A DNA stretch of 62,462 nucleotides, the filler included, from Circinaria calcarea (Eukaryota): the NCBI GenBank assembly GCA_051942165.1. It is 10 parts of 10 records of this genome, joined end to end, with 100 filler letters (N's around TTAATTAATTAA, not from the genome) between each part and the next. Parts side by side here need not be neighbours in the genome. Positions count along the whole stretch, not along the records: positions 37,578 to 43,727 come from JAVECS010001656.1; positions 43,828 to 49,973 come from JAVECS010001657.1; positions 50,074 to 56,218 come from JAVECS010001658.1; 7 more parts are not named here. One strand, 5' to 3'. Made by a program: the position numbers and the translations under genes. The notes under the pieces are model-generated. The model saw only the letters and a list, made by a program, of their open reading frames with translations. It was not told the origin of the DNA and did not search any database. How positions within the stretch are numbered: the first letter of the stretch is position 1; each line of letters starts with the position of its first letter. This document shows positions 37,578 through 50,979 of this stretch, piece by piece.

Positions 37578-38260
37578 CCACCCCCCCCCCCCCCCCCCCC
37601 CCCCCCAACCCGGTCCGGAGAAGGCAAAGGAAATGAAGAGGGCGAACAGAGGAGGGAATGCGGAGAGGGGAAAGGAATGACTGAGCAGGAAGGGTAGAGC
37701 CATAAAGACGTAGAAGCATAGGTGGGGGTAATTGGAGGAGCTTGCACGGCGAACTCAAGGAAATTTGAGGAGGACGAAATGGGGAAAGGGGGTGATGGAG
37801 GGGAGTTGGTATGGGTTTTTTTCCAAGGACTGTAGCAGGGATGCTGGAGGGGGGAAACGTTGAGAGATTTGGGAAGGTTTGTGGGAGAAACCGGAGGGTT
37901 CTTAGATCTGAGTTATAGGAAGTATAGAGAGATATCTTGTTGTAAATTAATTTTCTCGCCCCTGACTAACGAGAATCTATTTCCGCCCTTCGCTTCTGAA
38001 AATCTTTGGGAGCGTCTAATACTCAAGAGAATTCGTAAGGAGGTATCAAGCTAGTAACACACAAGGGATAACTCTAGTGTTTACCAAGAAAATGCAAACA
38101 TGCCGTGTTGAAGAATTTCAGGAACAGACCCATTGATCTCGGTAGTCCTGCATGGCGGAGAAGGAGCCTTTCCGGCCTAGCAAATGCCTACCCCCCTTCA
38201 AGGACGACAAGGAGGTCAGGGCAGAGGGTGTTTTTGGTTGTTCAGATAACCAACCGACCA

Positions 38261-39292
38261 TCACCGTCGCCATTCCGAGCTGTTCTTCTTCCGGTCCAGT
38301 CGCTTATTGACCGCCCCGAGAACTACTTTGAGGATTCCATCCGAGTTTAGGCCTGTCCCGTTCTGACCACTCCACGGGACGGTATCCACAATGTCCCGCA
38401 TCTTCCCCTTGCAGTCGTCTCCGCCTAGGAAGTCATCCATCTCGATCAAGGCTTTGGTCGCCTCCTCGGAATTGCCTACCTGGAAGAATTGGATGCCGAG
38501 CTGCCAGGGCGGCGCTCCCCATTCGTCTAGCTTCTTGGCGGCGTTGATGATGACTGATTCTACATCATCCGAAGGTTCACCGTCGGTGATGACAATAATG
38601 TTCCGTGCCCTCTGTTCCTCCCAGTTGGCCGAATCCTTGACGCAGCATCCATTTTTCTTACACTCGGCAAAAAAATCCCTTATGAGGTGATTCAACCTTG
38701 TTCCCGTTGGAGTCCCGCCGCGAGGCTGCACAGTCTTGAATATGGCTTCGACGTCTTCTGGCCTCTTGAGCCTCTTGTACTCTGAGTTATCCGGATGATT
38801 GAGAAAATAGATATCGACTCCATTCTTTCCGTGTTTTACACAAGTGGGAATAATCGCCGCGAGAGCATGACCTGTTTCTGTCCAGTTTTTCCCCACCATG
38901 CTACCGCTATCATCAATTAGGAAGACGGTGTCGAAGTTGGCCAGAAAAGCAAATGGGCTATCAGTCGAGGCGGTAGTGGTGGGAGGTTGGTAGGCGGGTG
39001 GGGGATCTGAGGCTGCGGGGCTTTTGGGCCGACGGGTCGACATGCTGGGTGTACTGAGAGAGGCAGAGGTATTCTTGGCGGAAGTAAGGTGGTGTGATGG
39101 CTGCGATGGGGTGTTGATAAATGGTGTACTAGAAGTTGAAAGGATGTCTTGTTTGCCTTTTTTGCCTTTGCTGCCACCGAAAAGGCTGGAGATTTGAATC
39201 TTCATCCCGAACGAGGTGGAGCTTTTGGTAGAGGATGGATGGAGTGGAGGAATGGAGGGACAAGGTGATGAGTGGTCGAAAATGAATGGCAT
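38261..39292 (-). CDS. von Willebrand factor A domain protein
   Basis: FDTVFLIDDSGSM (MIDAS DxSxS), GGTPTG, IIVITDGEPSD, GIQFFQVG, DIVDTVPW. Start is 39292 or the downstream MKIQ. Confidence 0.9.
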   Translation of the reverse strand: MPFIFDHSSPCPSIPPLHPSSTKSSTSFGMKIQISSLFGGSKGKKGKQDILSTSSTPFINTPSQPSHHLTSAKNTSASLSTPSMSTRRPKSPAASDPPPAYQPPTTTASTDSPFAFLANFDTVFLIDDSGSMVGKNWTETGHALAAIIPTCVKHGKNGVDIYFLNHPDNSEYKRLKRPEDVEAIFKTVQPRGGTPTGTRLNHLIRDFFAECKKNGCCVKDSANWEEQRARNIIVITDGEPSDDVESVIINAAKKLDEWGAPPWQLGIQFFQVGNSEEATKALIEMDDFLGGDDCKGKMRDIVDTVPWSGQNGTGLNSDGILKVVLGAVNKRLDRKKNSSEWRR

Positions 39293-40539
39293 GTTGTTAA
39301 GAAGCTGACTGGTTGGAACTTGATGACTGACAGTGGAATTCTCGCTTAAACTTGGGCCCGATCGATGTCTCAGTTCTAGCTGGATCAAAAACACCGGTAT
39401 TATATAAGCGTGGTAGCAGTAGCAGTAGCAGTGTGATTGCAATTGTGGATCTTCGCCTTAGATACTGGACTATCCCACCCCTTCGATCATCCTTATATAC
39501 GTCGCTGAACCCCCGATGCTAAATGCCTGGAAATCTGCCTGTGAGGCAGCCGCTCCAGACAACCTCTACAAACTATCAAACAACAAACGATGTAAGCGGG
39601 GCAGTGTCAGTGTCAGTGTTAGAGATAACTTCTACGACGCTTCCACAATCCTTGGAAGCCAAGCCCCGTTATGGTAGTCTATGGAACAACATAAGGTTAA
39701 GGCTAGTGGCGGAACCGCAGCGATGAGCCACAGCCACAGCCTCCTGCCGCTACATGCGCCAATTAGGTTCCGATCGCCCCTCTGGAACCTTATATGACTT
39801 GCATGAGTGGGATGGCCCCCGTGTACCTTGCAGCTCTTGGCTGTGTTATCAAACTAAGGTCGGGGTCGATAAGCCTAAGGTATCGCTTGCGGTCACCCCA
39901 CTCGAGGGCCAAGGCATGGCCAAGGCGCATGCCATGCAGCCGCCTCACTGCCAGGTCAACATACCACATAGATACCTGAGAGCTTCAATGCAGCAGCAAT
40001 GTGGCTGTCCGAGTTTGAGGCATTGTTGAAGACATGCAACCTTCAGACACTACAATCCACTGTACTGGTTGATAACCGTTTATGACCATTTCTATCCAAT
40101 TCGACAATCGCGGCAAGTGTGCTTAGGGAAGGTGGTAAAACACCAGCGATAATGCTCTCTGCCTTTGAAGACATGATGCTGGCGAGTATCAGGGGCGAAG
40201 CCAAAGTTTAAAGTGATGGTCTAACTTTATCGACACCGAAGCAATAAATACGGTGGTTACCAACGCATACCCGGAAAGGAGGATGGGTTAGGTCTTACCA
40301 TAGGATCATTGCGCCTGGCTCCTGGCTCTTTCCAAGCGAGGTCATGAGATATAAATCGGATCAGCTCGCAGCAAGTGCGAATGAGACTGGTGCCGTTTGT
40401 TGCCTTCCGACTTATGTGCTTCATGGAATGAAAGAGGAGGCGGATTTCTGCACAAACTCAATCGATTCATTCCATGAACATAGTATAGTACGCTTCTCGT
40501 GTCTTTTGTAGAAAGATACTTGTCCCTGGGCATGTAGAT

Positions 40540-42191
40540 TCAAAGAAGGATTGATTCGGTGTTCTGCAACTGATTCCACAACTGTAGACATCTGTCCCAT
40601 TCCTTGTCTTCAAGAAACCCGAGGCTTCCATTGGGAAGAATCGCCTTAGCCTGGTGTATTGACTGAGTTTCCCAGGAAGGCTCCTCGCCTTTCAAATATG
40701 CTGCAAAGGGCTTCAGAAACTGTTGAATCAAGATTCGCTCATCTGAAGCAAGGCTTGCACCGTTCCCGTAAAACCATATGGTGAGATCGCTCCCGTGCGT
40801 CACCCCCCATTCCTTTGGATAGAATAGATCAACGCATTTTGGCCGCCAATCTATGCGGTAGCGGTAGATATGTGAAAGAGGTAGCGATTGTGCTAGAGCT
40901 GCAATGAATCCACGTTCAGTCATGTGAACCTGCACGTCCGCATAAATGCGGCCGAATAAGTCCTGCCAACTGCCGCCGGAAGGAAGCGCTTTTGTCGGAC
41001 AGTAGAGCTTCATCAGAGTCTTGGTAACGGCGAGAGGATACTCAACTCGAAGTCTCTCAAATAGACCTTCATGGGACGACGGAGGGTTTTCAAGCCTGTA
41101 AACACTTACCTCATCGGGGAGATCTCCAATCAGAATCTTGATTCCGCGTCGTGCCATTGATTTTCCGAATTGCCCGTCCTGGATCTCTTGAAATAAAGTG
41201 CGTCTAACAAAGCCGCCGTCTGTTACCGCTCGAAATGAGTTCATCCTCATTTTGCCACTTGCGGCGATAAGCTCTGTCCAAGGTAGAGCCTTCAGCCTTA
41301 TCAGCTTTTCCGCAGCTGCAAGCTCCTTTGAGATCCCCAATGCAGCAACTAGTTCATTGAATTGCTCCTGCGCTTCGAGTATAGATCTAGGTTGGACACC
41401 CGGCCCATTCGAATACATTGTCACCCGTCGAATGATGGATTGATTGCCCGGAAGACTTAGCACGTATGAGAGTTGATGAAATACGGAGTGAGCGCCTGCG
41501 GATAAACCACCAAGGGTTATATTATTCTTATTCCCTCCGAAGCCACTGACGTGCTTGAAAGTCCATTCGATTGCCAGCCGCTGATCCCAAAACCCAAGAT
41601 CTCCGACCGTGCCATCTTCGCGCATAACTGAGTCCTGAAGCAGCTCCTTTGAGGCCAGGAAGCCAAATAGATTAAGCCTGTAGACCGGCATGACAATGAT
41701 GCACTGAACATCCGTCTCACCGAGAAGATTACATGGGTTTAAAGTATTTGGTGAACCCCATTGCAGAAAGCCTCCATCTAAAAGTAGTAAGTATCAACAT
41801 CCTTTCCAATGGTGTTAGACATACGTAGGTAAACCCACACAGGCCATCCTTGCTCAGGCCTCTCCCCAGCAGGTACCCATATATTACATTGTAGACAATC
41901 TTCACTCATTTGAGAGGGGTCCAAACTGTCGTCTGGATTGTATATCGCCTGTGGGCAAACAGCAGATAGTTTTGTGAAGTCTGATGGTGTCTCTTTCGTT
42001 CCGTAGGCGTAGCCATCAGGTAATGATTGAGCTCTTTTCCACCTTTGACTGCTTGTCATTGGAAGAGCATAAGGGACACCTCCGAATCGATGACATTTAG
42101 GCCTCTTCGAAGGGCTCTCTAGGAAAGTCACACCTTCGAGGAATCCTCTGTCTTTAATATAGTGGAGGTACTGTTGTGTAATGCTCTCCAT
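40540..42191 (-). CDS. Type-B carboxylesterase (alpha/beta hydrolase)
   Basis: FGGVPYA, SEDCLQCNIWVP, VYL|HGGFLQWG, YRLNLFGFL, WDQRLA, nucleophile elbow GLSAG, THGSD. Intron 41778-41824. Confidence 0.93.
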
Positions 42192-43329
42192 CTGTGGAAA
42201 TGGCACATTTCTCAATCCCGCGGAGGCTACTTTGTACTAATCGAAGGATAGGTTTCTCTTCGGCTTGAGACGAGAAGTTCACATATGTATCACCTTGTAC
42301 TCTAGTTGCTTTGCGCAATGATAGTTGAAGATTTGGCTTAGTGTATGTGTCTGCAACCTTGTTAAGAAAACTTTCGTGAACAGATTGATGTTTCGAAACA
42401 TGTGTCATACATCTAGACATCTAGACTCAACATATGGATCCCAACCAAAGTAGTTCTTACGATGGATTACAATGCCAGAACTTTCACTAGGAAAAAGTCA
42501 AGCTAGCAAGCTACGAGACATGCTTCTCGACCGGTAACAATTAGGTTTTGATGAAGTATCGTGGCATTCGAGAAATTGTCTAGGATAAAGGTCCCCCGAA
42601 CCCGTTGGAAATACACCGCGGAACATGCAAGACCAGAATTCTTGACTGCTTGACTTGACTTGCTGGGCGAAGGTGCTCTAGACAGAGCCACATAACGTGA
42701 CTCGCCACCACAGCCTTTATTCTAAGCCGCAAGACCCAAAAACATTAAAACCTCAACATTATCTTCCTTCAGTAAATATAGTATCTACACTACGGAGTGC
42801 TATGGCGGTTTGACCGAATCCCCTATCGGTGAATTGCATGTGCGAACCACCATACCACACCATTTATCAAACAACTTAAACGTGGTATTCGAGGTTTGGA
42901 CGCCGAGTACTCCGTAGTTGTCTGTTTTCATTGAGCTGCGGCGCAGATTGATGTGAGACAGTACATCGGTACTTGGCAAGTACCGTAAGAGTGTGTGGCC
43001 TATAAGGAATTCAGAGGTTGTGATTCAATGCCTAGGACATGTTGTTATGAGGAGAGGTAAGCTCCATGTTGGAACTCGAAAGGAGAAGCGGGTTGTTGCC
43101 TCCTCGTTCGGACTACAGCTTTGTGACTTTTTAGTAGTCCACAACACCTATCACCTGGTCATTCAAAGCACAGCATACCTTAGCACTGCTTCACTTAAAT
43201 TTTTATAACAAGCAATTTTACATTAAAACATAGGTACATAAACCTGGCCCATATGTACAAAATAACCAACTGCCTTGTAAGCTCTAGGACGAGAACAGTC
43301 ACCTTAAGTACCACCGCTCCCCCCTCCCA

Positions 43330-43727
43330 TTAGCCCGTCGTTGTAGGTGGAGGCTCCGCCTTGCGAGCAACCAGTGCTATCAAAGCTGCGCCGACACCGC
43401 TTCCGTCCTTCGCGATACCTATGCGTATCCTCCTCTCCCCCTTTGGGCCTATCTCGGGAATCTCTCTAAGCGCTTCGCGGATGTATTCCACAAAGCCCGG
43501 ATAGTACTCCACTAAGCTACCATCAACGCCGATATCTACTATATCCTCTTCTTTAACGGATCCATCATCTTGGGTTGCTTGCTCTAAAGAATTTGCCTCA
43601 GAGGTCACGGTCGGCGATGCCGTGTCCCTATTGAGTCTCCCGGTAGAAATGACAATTGCACCAATGGCTATGGCACTCAGTCTAGCGGATCGCTTGCCGA
43701 TTGCGGTAACAAGTAACTTGATAGCTT
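43330..43727 (-). CDS. GLK1: Glucokinase/hexokinase C-terminus (5' truncated)
   Basis: AIGKRSARLSAIAIGAI...VDIGVDGSLVEYYPGF...IRIGIAKDGSGVGAALIA. Confidence 0.9.
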
Positions 43728-43827
43728 NNNNNNNNNNNNNNNNNNNNNNNNNNNNNNNNNNNNNNNNNNNNTTAATTAATTAANNNNNNNNNNNNNNNNN
43801 NNNNNNNNNNNNNNNNNNNNNNNNNNN
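43728..43827. other. Artificial contig spacer
   Basis: N44-TTAATTAATTAA-N44. Confidence 0.99.
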
Positions 43828-44853
43828 CTTGGTGGGTGGGGCTGGGGCTGGGGCTGGGCATTGGGTGCGGAGAGGGAGATGGTGATGCAGGGTGTAAGGG
43901 CTGGATTGTGGTGGTTTTGCGCATGGTGGGAGAAGAAGGTTTTCTGTCTCTGGGTTCTTTGTGATTGTGGTGTAGGACGGAAGAGTCGCTGGTATCGCTG
44001 GTAGTATCACCAGGAGGAGGCGCGGGATTGTGATCCTGATCATCGTTGATGGATAAGGAGCTTTGGTCGCTGCTGGGAGAGGGGGAGATGACGCCGAGAC
44101 GCTCGAGCTCGTCCCAGGTGCGATGGTAGTAGCGGAAGGTGGCAAAGGGCTTGTCGAGGGGGTCGAGAAGGTGGTAGCGGTAGTAGCGTCGGGGCTGGTT
44201 GAGTGCGAGGAGGCCGGCGCGGGGAAGGCTGATAAGGATTGGTCAGCGGAGAGGATAGTGACGGAGTAAGTGAAGAAACTGGTCGATGGGGTAAGGCATT
44301 ACCTGATTCCACCGTCTTTGGATTTGGCTTTGCTGATTGTTGCTACGCCAAAAGGCGTTTCCAGGAAGTTGGCAGTTACCGGGTGGATTCGCGTACGGCC
44401 TCTAGAGCGGAAGACGCGAACTTCCATCACATCGCTCAAGCTTCCCTTGTGCATCTTGGCTGCTTTAGGTTCGTCGGGTCCGAAACCGAGGAGCCTCTTC
44501 TCGAGCGCTTTAGCGCCGTCTTGGAGTTCCGTCTCAAAGATGCCGAACATGGTTTTCCCCTTGAAGCCGTCGTCTTCGCTACAGCCCCAGCTGAGAATGG
44601 GCGTGCCATTAACGAAGAGTTTGAAGTAGAAGATGGCGTTGGGGGGGTAGGGCGCCGTGACGCTGTAGGCGATCCAGAATTGGCTGTTGGGGTAGGTGGG
44701 GATGTAGACGGAGACGAGTGATTGATCCGTGTTGACGAGAGTGGGGGTTGGGGAGAAGGGGTCATTGGAGTGCGTTGGGGGAGCAAATTCGGGGAGGGTG
44801 AGGACGTCGAATTGGGAGACGAGGGAAAGGGTGATGCTGCGGTAGGTGGGCAT
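43828..44853 (-). CDS. Conserved fungal hypothetical protein (DUF7918-like), 3' truncated
   Basis: MPTYRSITLSLVSQFD...SVYIPTYPNSQFWIAY...FYFKLFVNG...SWG; after intron 44229-44302: RYYRYHLLDPLDKPFATFRYYHRTW. Confidence 0.75.
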
Positions 44854-45604
44854 TCTGGGCTTTCTCGTGTGTATTGGGGTTTTGGTGGTGGCGGTCGGAT
44901 GGAATGAATGCGATGGGTTTTCTGGTGTTGACGTTGCTTCAGTATGGTTTCGCTTCGATCCCTGCTCGGCTGGGGAGCCCTAGAATCCCAAAAAGCATGG
45001 ACCATCATCGGCGATATTACCTAAGGAAAGCAACTCGAAGCGACCCGATCCCCACAGGCTGAATGCAGCATATCACACATCTCATAAAGGTATAGTGTCT
45101 ATATGAAAATATAAGGCATACATGTATCGTCGCGCCAGATGGTCCACATGGAAGTCCTGAGATAAGTTCTGGCTTTAATTGCAATGCATCATTGTTTCTC
45201 ACATTTCACCCTCTCAACTCATCCCAGTCATGGGTGAATAATCTGACACGTTATCTTCACAATGCCGATCAGGTTATAGGATTGACCCCTTTTATCTAGG
45301 TCCTTCATCCATGGAGAACTTCCTCGATTCTGCCTCTTTACACATGTCATCGCATTGACTTTCATGATTGCTTTGATTGACCTCGCGTCGTACCATCATC
45401 GCAAATTCATTCATCAGCATGACTGCTATTTGAACTCTTGAGTCATACTATCTACGCTTCATCGCTTTCTCATGATTCTTTGCTCGTATTTCGCTGTTTC
45501 TCAAGGCCCTTTCTTCAAACTCAATTCTTGCTTCTTCATACTCGACTGCTTCATTACATATCAAACTCTTTCCGTACCTTGCATTGCTTTCTAATCAAGG
45601 AAAA

Positions 45605-47595
45605 ATGCCCCAATCACAGGAGGTGGTGGCCACCGAGTTTCTCGACGAAGTAAGCCTCGGTCACCATACTACTAAGGGTCAATTGCTAATGTTATCTTCA
45701 GTGGCCAGCACTTACTCCAAGCAAGAGGACAGTCCGTCAACTTACCAAGTCTCGCTCATCTACTCCTAGTCTAGGAACATCAGTTCCAACCTCGCCCGTC
45801 TCTATGGAATCCGTCACATTGGCATCTACCACCTCTGAGGTATCTAAGTTTGAGCAAGGGCCTTTAACCTTGTACCCTGTTCCGGTACAGAAGCTGCGAG
45901 GGTCTGTCATCTTCCTAAATACCATATAACTACCGACGGCTAACCGCCTATAGACTCCAAACCGGCCCCAAGATCAACGTCTTTGTTGATGAACGTTCAT
46001 GTCACGATCTTGTATTCAATGTTCCGCAAAGCCTACTTACCTACTTTTCTCCAGTCCTACATCACTCACTACAAACCAAGGCAGATGGACCAAATGTCGT
46101 TGTCCTACAGCACACGGACAAGAAGACAGCTAGCTGGGTACTGAGTTGGATGATTGGTGGTGGAAAGACGGTACCTGCTGCCATATCTCCACGAAGTACT
46201 GCAAACTCTCCGGACGATATTGTTGATATACTTCTACGCCGGCTACAAATTGTGTTTCAGCTTGATATCGTGGGTAAACTCGAAGCTACTTTGCTCCTCG
46301 AGCTTGAGCAGGCACTCCAGAAATCCTCTGTTCTCTCTGGAAACTGGGTGCATTGGATATACTCACACACTTCATCGGTCACCGCCCCAAGATTGCGTGA
46401 TATCTTCGCCACCAGCGTAATAAACACAGTTCTTAACCATGACTTGGCGATACCGAGTTCATGTCCTCAGCAACAGGCTGTAGCCCATGCAGGATTCCGC
46501 AGAGACCTCACCAAGGGACTCTCGAGTCCAAAAACAATTGGCCGCATACGAGGAATGCAACAGCAGCGACCCCTATCGGTTTCTCAAGTTCGATTCATTT
46601 TTACCTTTGCCGCTTCTAAATATCTACGCAAGGCTGTTGCGCAAGACCTTCTAGCCCTTATTGACGATGGCAAAGTCAATGACGAGCAGGCGTACCGTGA
46701 CTACGCTTGGGAGAATACGGAGTTTGAGGACGAGATGAGTAGAGCCATCGACGCGAAGGCAAGACGTACAGCTTATCTTGAGCGGGAGGCTGCTAGACAA
46801 GCCAGAGTTACAGTCAAGCAGTACCATTCGAAAGTTCCAAATGTACGACGGAAAGCATCGGTTCTTCCCAGCGGAAGGGATTTCCAGTCCAAGCTTACTC
46901 CAGCACCTATGCAGATACCAACGCCAGTCAACGGTACCGAGCAGACCGGCAAAGGTACAATCGCTAAATCTCAGCGTCGAGCCATCAAGCCTACCGTGGC
47001 CAACAAGGCAATGAATAATGCGAATAACCCCAAGGTAATTCCTCCCAATCGCGTCATAACTTTTGAAAGCATTGCTCCATCCGGCCCAGCATTCAGCTTC
47101 ACCCCTGCACGAGGCAGCAACCAGAGATCTCGCAAAGCGCAGATCGAGACCATCATCAATGCAGATACAGGTGCCCGGCTTGAATCAGCATCATCCACGC
47201 GTACTAATCCAACATTCACCTCTCCAAACACCGGCACAAACGCAAGCAAGGAGATTCCCAATGCACTGTCCGCTACACCCAAACTTCGCACCCGCGTTCC
47301 TCCCGAAACGAGGAAGATCAAAACCAATCCTACCTACACGACACGGCTCCAGCGGGAGACTACCTCTCAGCTAAAGCCAAAGCCGACACCCACTAATCCG
47401 TCGGCGCCTGCCCCAGCACCAAAACCGAGACCTCGACAAGTAGTCAAGAACCCAGAAGCCGCAAGAAGAACGGATGAGAAGAAAGAGACTAAACGCGCCG
47501 AGGCGATTATGGGCACGGCGAAGACCAGCCCTGCAAAGGCGAAGATTGATTCGGCTAATATGTTCAGGGTGTTGGAGGACAGTGTCGATTGTTAA
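45605..47595 (+). CDS. Hypothetical protein with a divergent BTB/POZ-like region and disordered C-terminus
   Basis: Introns about 45650-45701 and 45902-45953 join ATG 45605 to the 46150-47595 ORF. GPKINVFVD...FNVPQSLLTYFSPVL...VVLQHTDKKTASWVLSWM looks BTB-like. Confidence 0.55.
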
Positions 47596-48296
47596 TGCTG
47601 GAGCTTACCAGTTCGGGCGTTTTGGATAGAGCCCTCGGTGAGTGATGGCTTAGGGATTGAGCATGGACCGTCCGTGAAGCGATTTGGAGATTCGGTACTC
47701 TGGACTCTTTGAAGTTGGACTTGCTTGCGGAAAAGCCGTGGTATGTCTCTAGCGGCGTCCTGCTGCTATGATGCCCAAGCCTTATCCCCTATCTCGTTAT
47801 CTTTACACTAGTACTATTAGAAAATAGACTTAGTAATACATTAACATCATCACATTCCACTTCCGAACACTGAGGGCTGGGATGATCGGGTGGCTCGTGG
47901 TAAGAAGTGTCACTGTTGCCAGTCTCCTTTGGCCGGGAAAATGATATACAGGGTTTCTTCTCTCGCTTATATTATATCAACTTCTCTGGGATAATAAGCG
48001 AGACGAAGTAAAATAAGGGGTTTTTTCCGGGGAAAAACCGTCCATGAGCCGGCGCTAACGGGATGATCGCCAAAATCCTTTGAACTGAACTGCGCCCAAA
48101 GGACCAATCTCTACAGGTTTGCGGTGCCAAAACGCGTGATCTGAATTGCAACGCACACTACGCGTTCCACGTTCATCATGTCGCTTGCGTGCCGGTGCGT
48201 GCTTTCGTGTGCTACACTCTTCCGTTGGAAAACTTCCAACTTCCTGTTCGGTGTAACATACATATCCTGTAACGTGAACATAACCATTCTGCAAAC

Positions 48297-49973
48297 ATGC
48301 CGCCGGGACAATCGCCCGTCAAGCTGACCCCCGATCTTTTCGATACATACAAGGCGTACAAGAAAACCACGTTCCACGTGATCAGCTGGTTTGCTGCCAA
48401 CGGGATTCCAGCCACCGAGCTGACTTCGGTCCAAGGCTTGAAGGACGCGGCACATGCACTGCGGGCCAGGGGAGTGAGTCTGACCCGTCAGCTCTACTGG
48501 GACTTGAAGGATACCGTCAAGAACCGGAAGACCATCAATCAGTGGTTCCGTCGTGCCACCGTGGGCAAGGAAGACGAGGTCGTCCGGGAGTTGAACGACA
48601 GCCATGAATACATCCAGAATGCGTGGGTTACCTTCATGTTTTTTTTTTCTTTGGTTAGCCTTGATGGTAATAAAATAAACCAAAAACATAGATTACAGCA
48701 GATCTTTGTCATCTTGTTTCCAACCGGACTGCAACCAGGAACGCAAAGCAAGAATCAAAGGAAGTCGACAGGCAGTAGCAAGCCAACAGCTCCAAAGTCC
48801 TCGAATAAGTTCGCCGGCCTTGAGAACGTTCCTCCGGAGACAGTTGTTGACCTTCCTGACGTTGGCGAGTTGAAAATTGAGACCCCTGAACCCAAGGGAA
48901 GAGTTCAAGACCCCAGGCCTCTTGATGTCATCCGGAGAGAAGATGATGACGGTGACACTCCGAACACCTTTTTCGAACTGGACGAGCTCCCCGTTTTCCT
49001 AATGCTTTACAAATGCGCAGTGGTGAGGGTCACTCGTCAATTGACAAGAGAGAGCTCGGATTAACATTAGGTATAGGAATTCGAAGAGATTTGTGACAGA
49101 GTCAAGCAAGCATGGGAAGAGGCTGCCACCGGAGCTATGCCGATTGTCTTTGCGGCGTGGTTGTCGATTGCCGCCTATAAGCTCGTGGAAAGGCTGACTA
49201 CAATCTTCCACATGAAGCCAGACGTCTATGTCATGACCCATATCGATTTCATTGACATTTTCAAGAAATATTCAGCAGCATTGCAGACGGACGCAATCCA
49301 TCGATCTCAAAAAGGACTTCCGTACAAGGTTTTCCTCGCGGGACAAGGGATGTTCACACCTTTTCATGTTCTGTGCGACTTCAAGGAGACCAAGTTCTTC
49401 CAGTCGGGTTCAGTAGAGGAAAGAATTGATGAAATACTCGTGCTCAGGGAAATATATTCGCTGAATAAAAATGCCATTCAAAACGATCCATTTAGTTTAA
49501 TAAGGATAGAAGAGAAGACTCTAGAGACAATATTGTCGAGCATGGCAAGGTCGGTCAAAACGCACGAGGATGTGTACCAGGGGGCGTTCAAAATGACCAT
49601 GAACCCTCTGGTTGCAGAGCTGGAAGAATACCTGGAGTCGGGAGACGAAGTACCCGACACTAGTCTGGTTATCGGCCTTCAATTCCAGCTGGAAATATTC
49701 AAGAGCTATCTTTGGCCAGATGCGCGCACGGAAAAGAGGGTCGTCGTAAGCCGCGGTGGACCATGCCCTTGTGGCTCGGGACGGAAATTCAAAAAATGCT
49801 GTGGAAAGGAGAAACTGCCCGAAGGAACCGGGAACAAAGGCGAGGAGACAACTGGAGTGGCGTCTGGCGAAATTGAGATTCCTATCCCACCCATCAACTG
49901 CCGCCTCCAAGCTCTGAAGTTCGCAAGAGAAGTTCAAGAATCCCTGCGAAAGGTCAATCAACACTCGTCCCTG
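48297..49973 (+). CDS. DUF6604-like fungal protein with an internal SEC-C zinc-binding motif (3' truncated)
   Basis: N-terminus LFDTYKAYKKTTFHVISWF...RKTINQWF...NDSHEY. Introns about 48623-48691 and 49023-49076. SRGGPCPCGSGRKFKKCCG at about 49749-49805. Confidence 0.75.
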
Positions 49974-50073
49974 NNNNNNNNNNNNNNNNNNNNNNNNNNN
50001 NNNNNNNNNNNNNNNNNTTAATTAATTAANNNNNNNNNNNNNNNNNNNNNNNNNNNNNNNNNNNNNNNNNNNN
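49974..50073. other. Artificial contig spacer
   Basis: N44-TTAATTAATTAA-N44. Confidence 0.99.
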
Positions 50074-50534
50074 AGTTGCGCTTGCCTTTGAAGATCGGAC
50101 TGTTGTTCATGAATGCTAGGGGCATCCGCTCGTAGATGGCGAAGCCAGGAATGCCACTGGGCTATTGGCGGCTGCATCAGTAATGAAGCATACCACAAAG
50201 CTATCTTGACAATGATGGTGTACTACCGGGCATGACGTACGGGATATCTGTATGTCTGCGTAATGGGTTTTCGGGTTGTATTGGGCGATGCGGCGAAGGC
50301 GGTTTGCATTCATGCTATCTTTGAATTCCCAGAAAGTGTTGCCAGCGAGATCCATGCCTATTGATATGCTCCAAATCAGCCAACTCTCAATCCTACCGCG
50401 TCACATTCGAGTGGATAGGCGCATAGACAACAGGACTATACCATACCAGCCAGCCATCTTCGCCGCCAAGGGAGCTTAAGGCTTCTCCACTTGAGCCACG
50501 CTCGTTGTACTGGACCAACCGGAGGAGATGACAT
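50074..50534 (-). CDS. Complex I assembly factor NDUFAF2 (NDUFA12 family), 3' truncated
   Basis: Spliced product MSSPPVGPVQRAWLKWRSLKLPWRRRWLAG|MDLAGNTFWEFKD...RRIAQY...IS|PQWHSWLRHLRADAPSIHEQQ. Confidence 0.85.
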
Positions 50535-50979
50535 GAGAGCGTGGATGCAGATTCAAAACCAAAATATAATTGTAGATGCTCGTAGGGCTTGAAATGACTA
50601 GGTATACACTCCCCCCATGCCATGCCAAAGTCGTCATTGTGCAGCTCGAATTGAAAATCCGGGGAAGAGGATGAGCACCGCGAGAGTCACCCTAGATATC
50701 CGAAAAGTAAATCCTCGTACTTGCCATTCAACGCCTTATTTCAACGCTACCAGAAATCTCGACCATTACATTAGAGCACCTTTAAATTTACAAAGGCACC
50801 GAGATAGGGAATACGCTACAAGGTTACGAGAGAAAACCACCCTGTTTCGCAGGATTAAACATGACAATTTGCTCGACTAGCTTGCCATCACATCCCAGCT
50901 TCTTGACTGCGCGCTCTCACTGGGTACAGGCCTTGGACTGCCAACGGTAGCCATCTTATTCTAGAAAAGAGAAGCAAGC

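Noticed and set aside
37581..37606. Poly-C run as a G-quadruplex element
   Set aside because: Homopolymer at a contig break; length unreliable.
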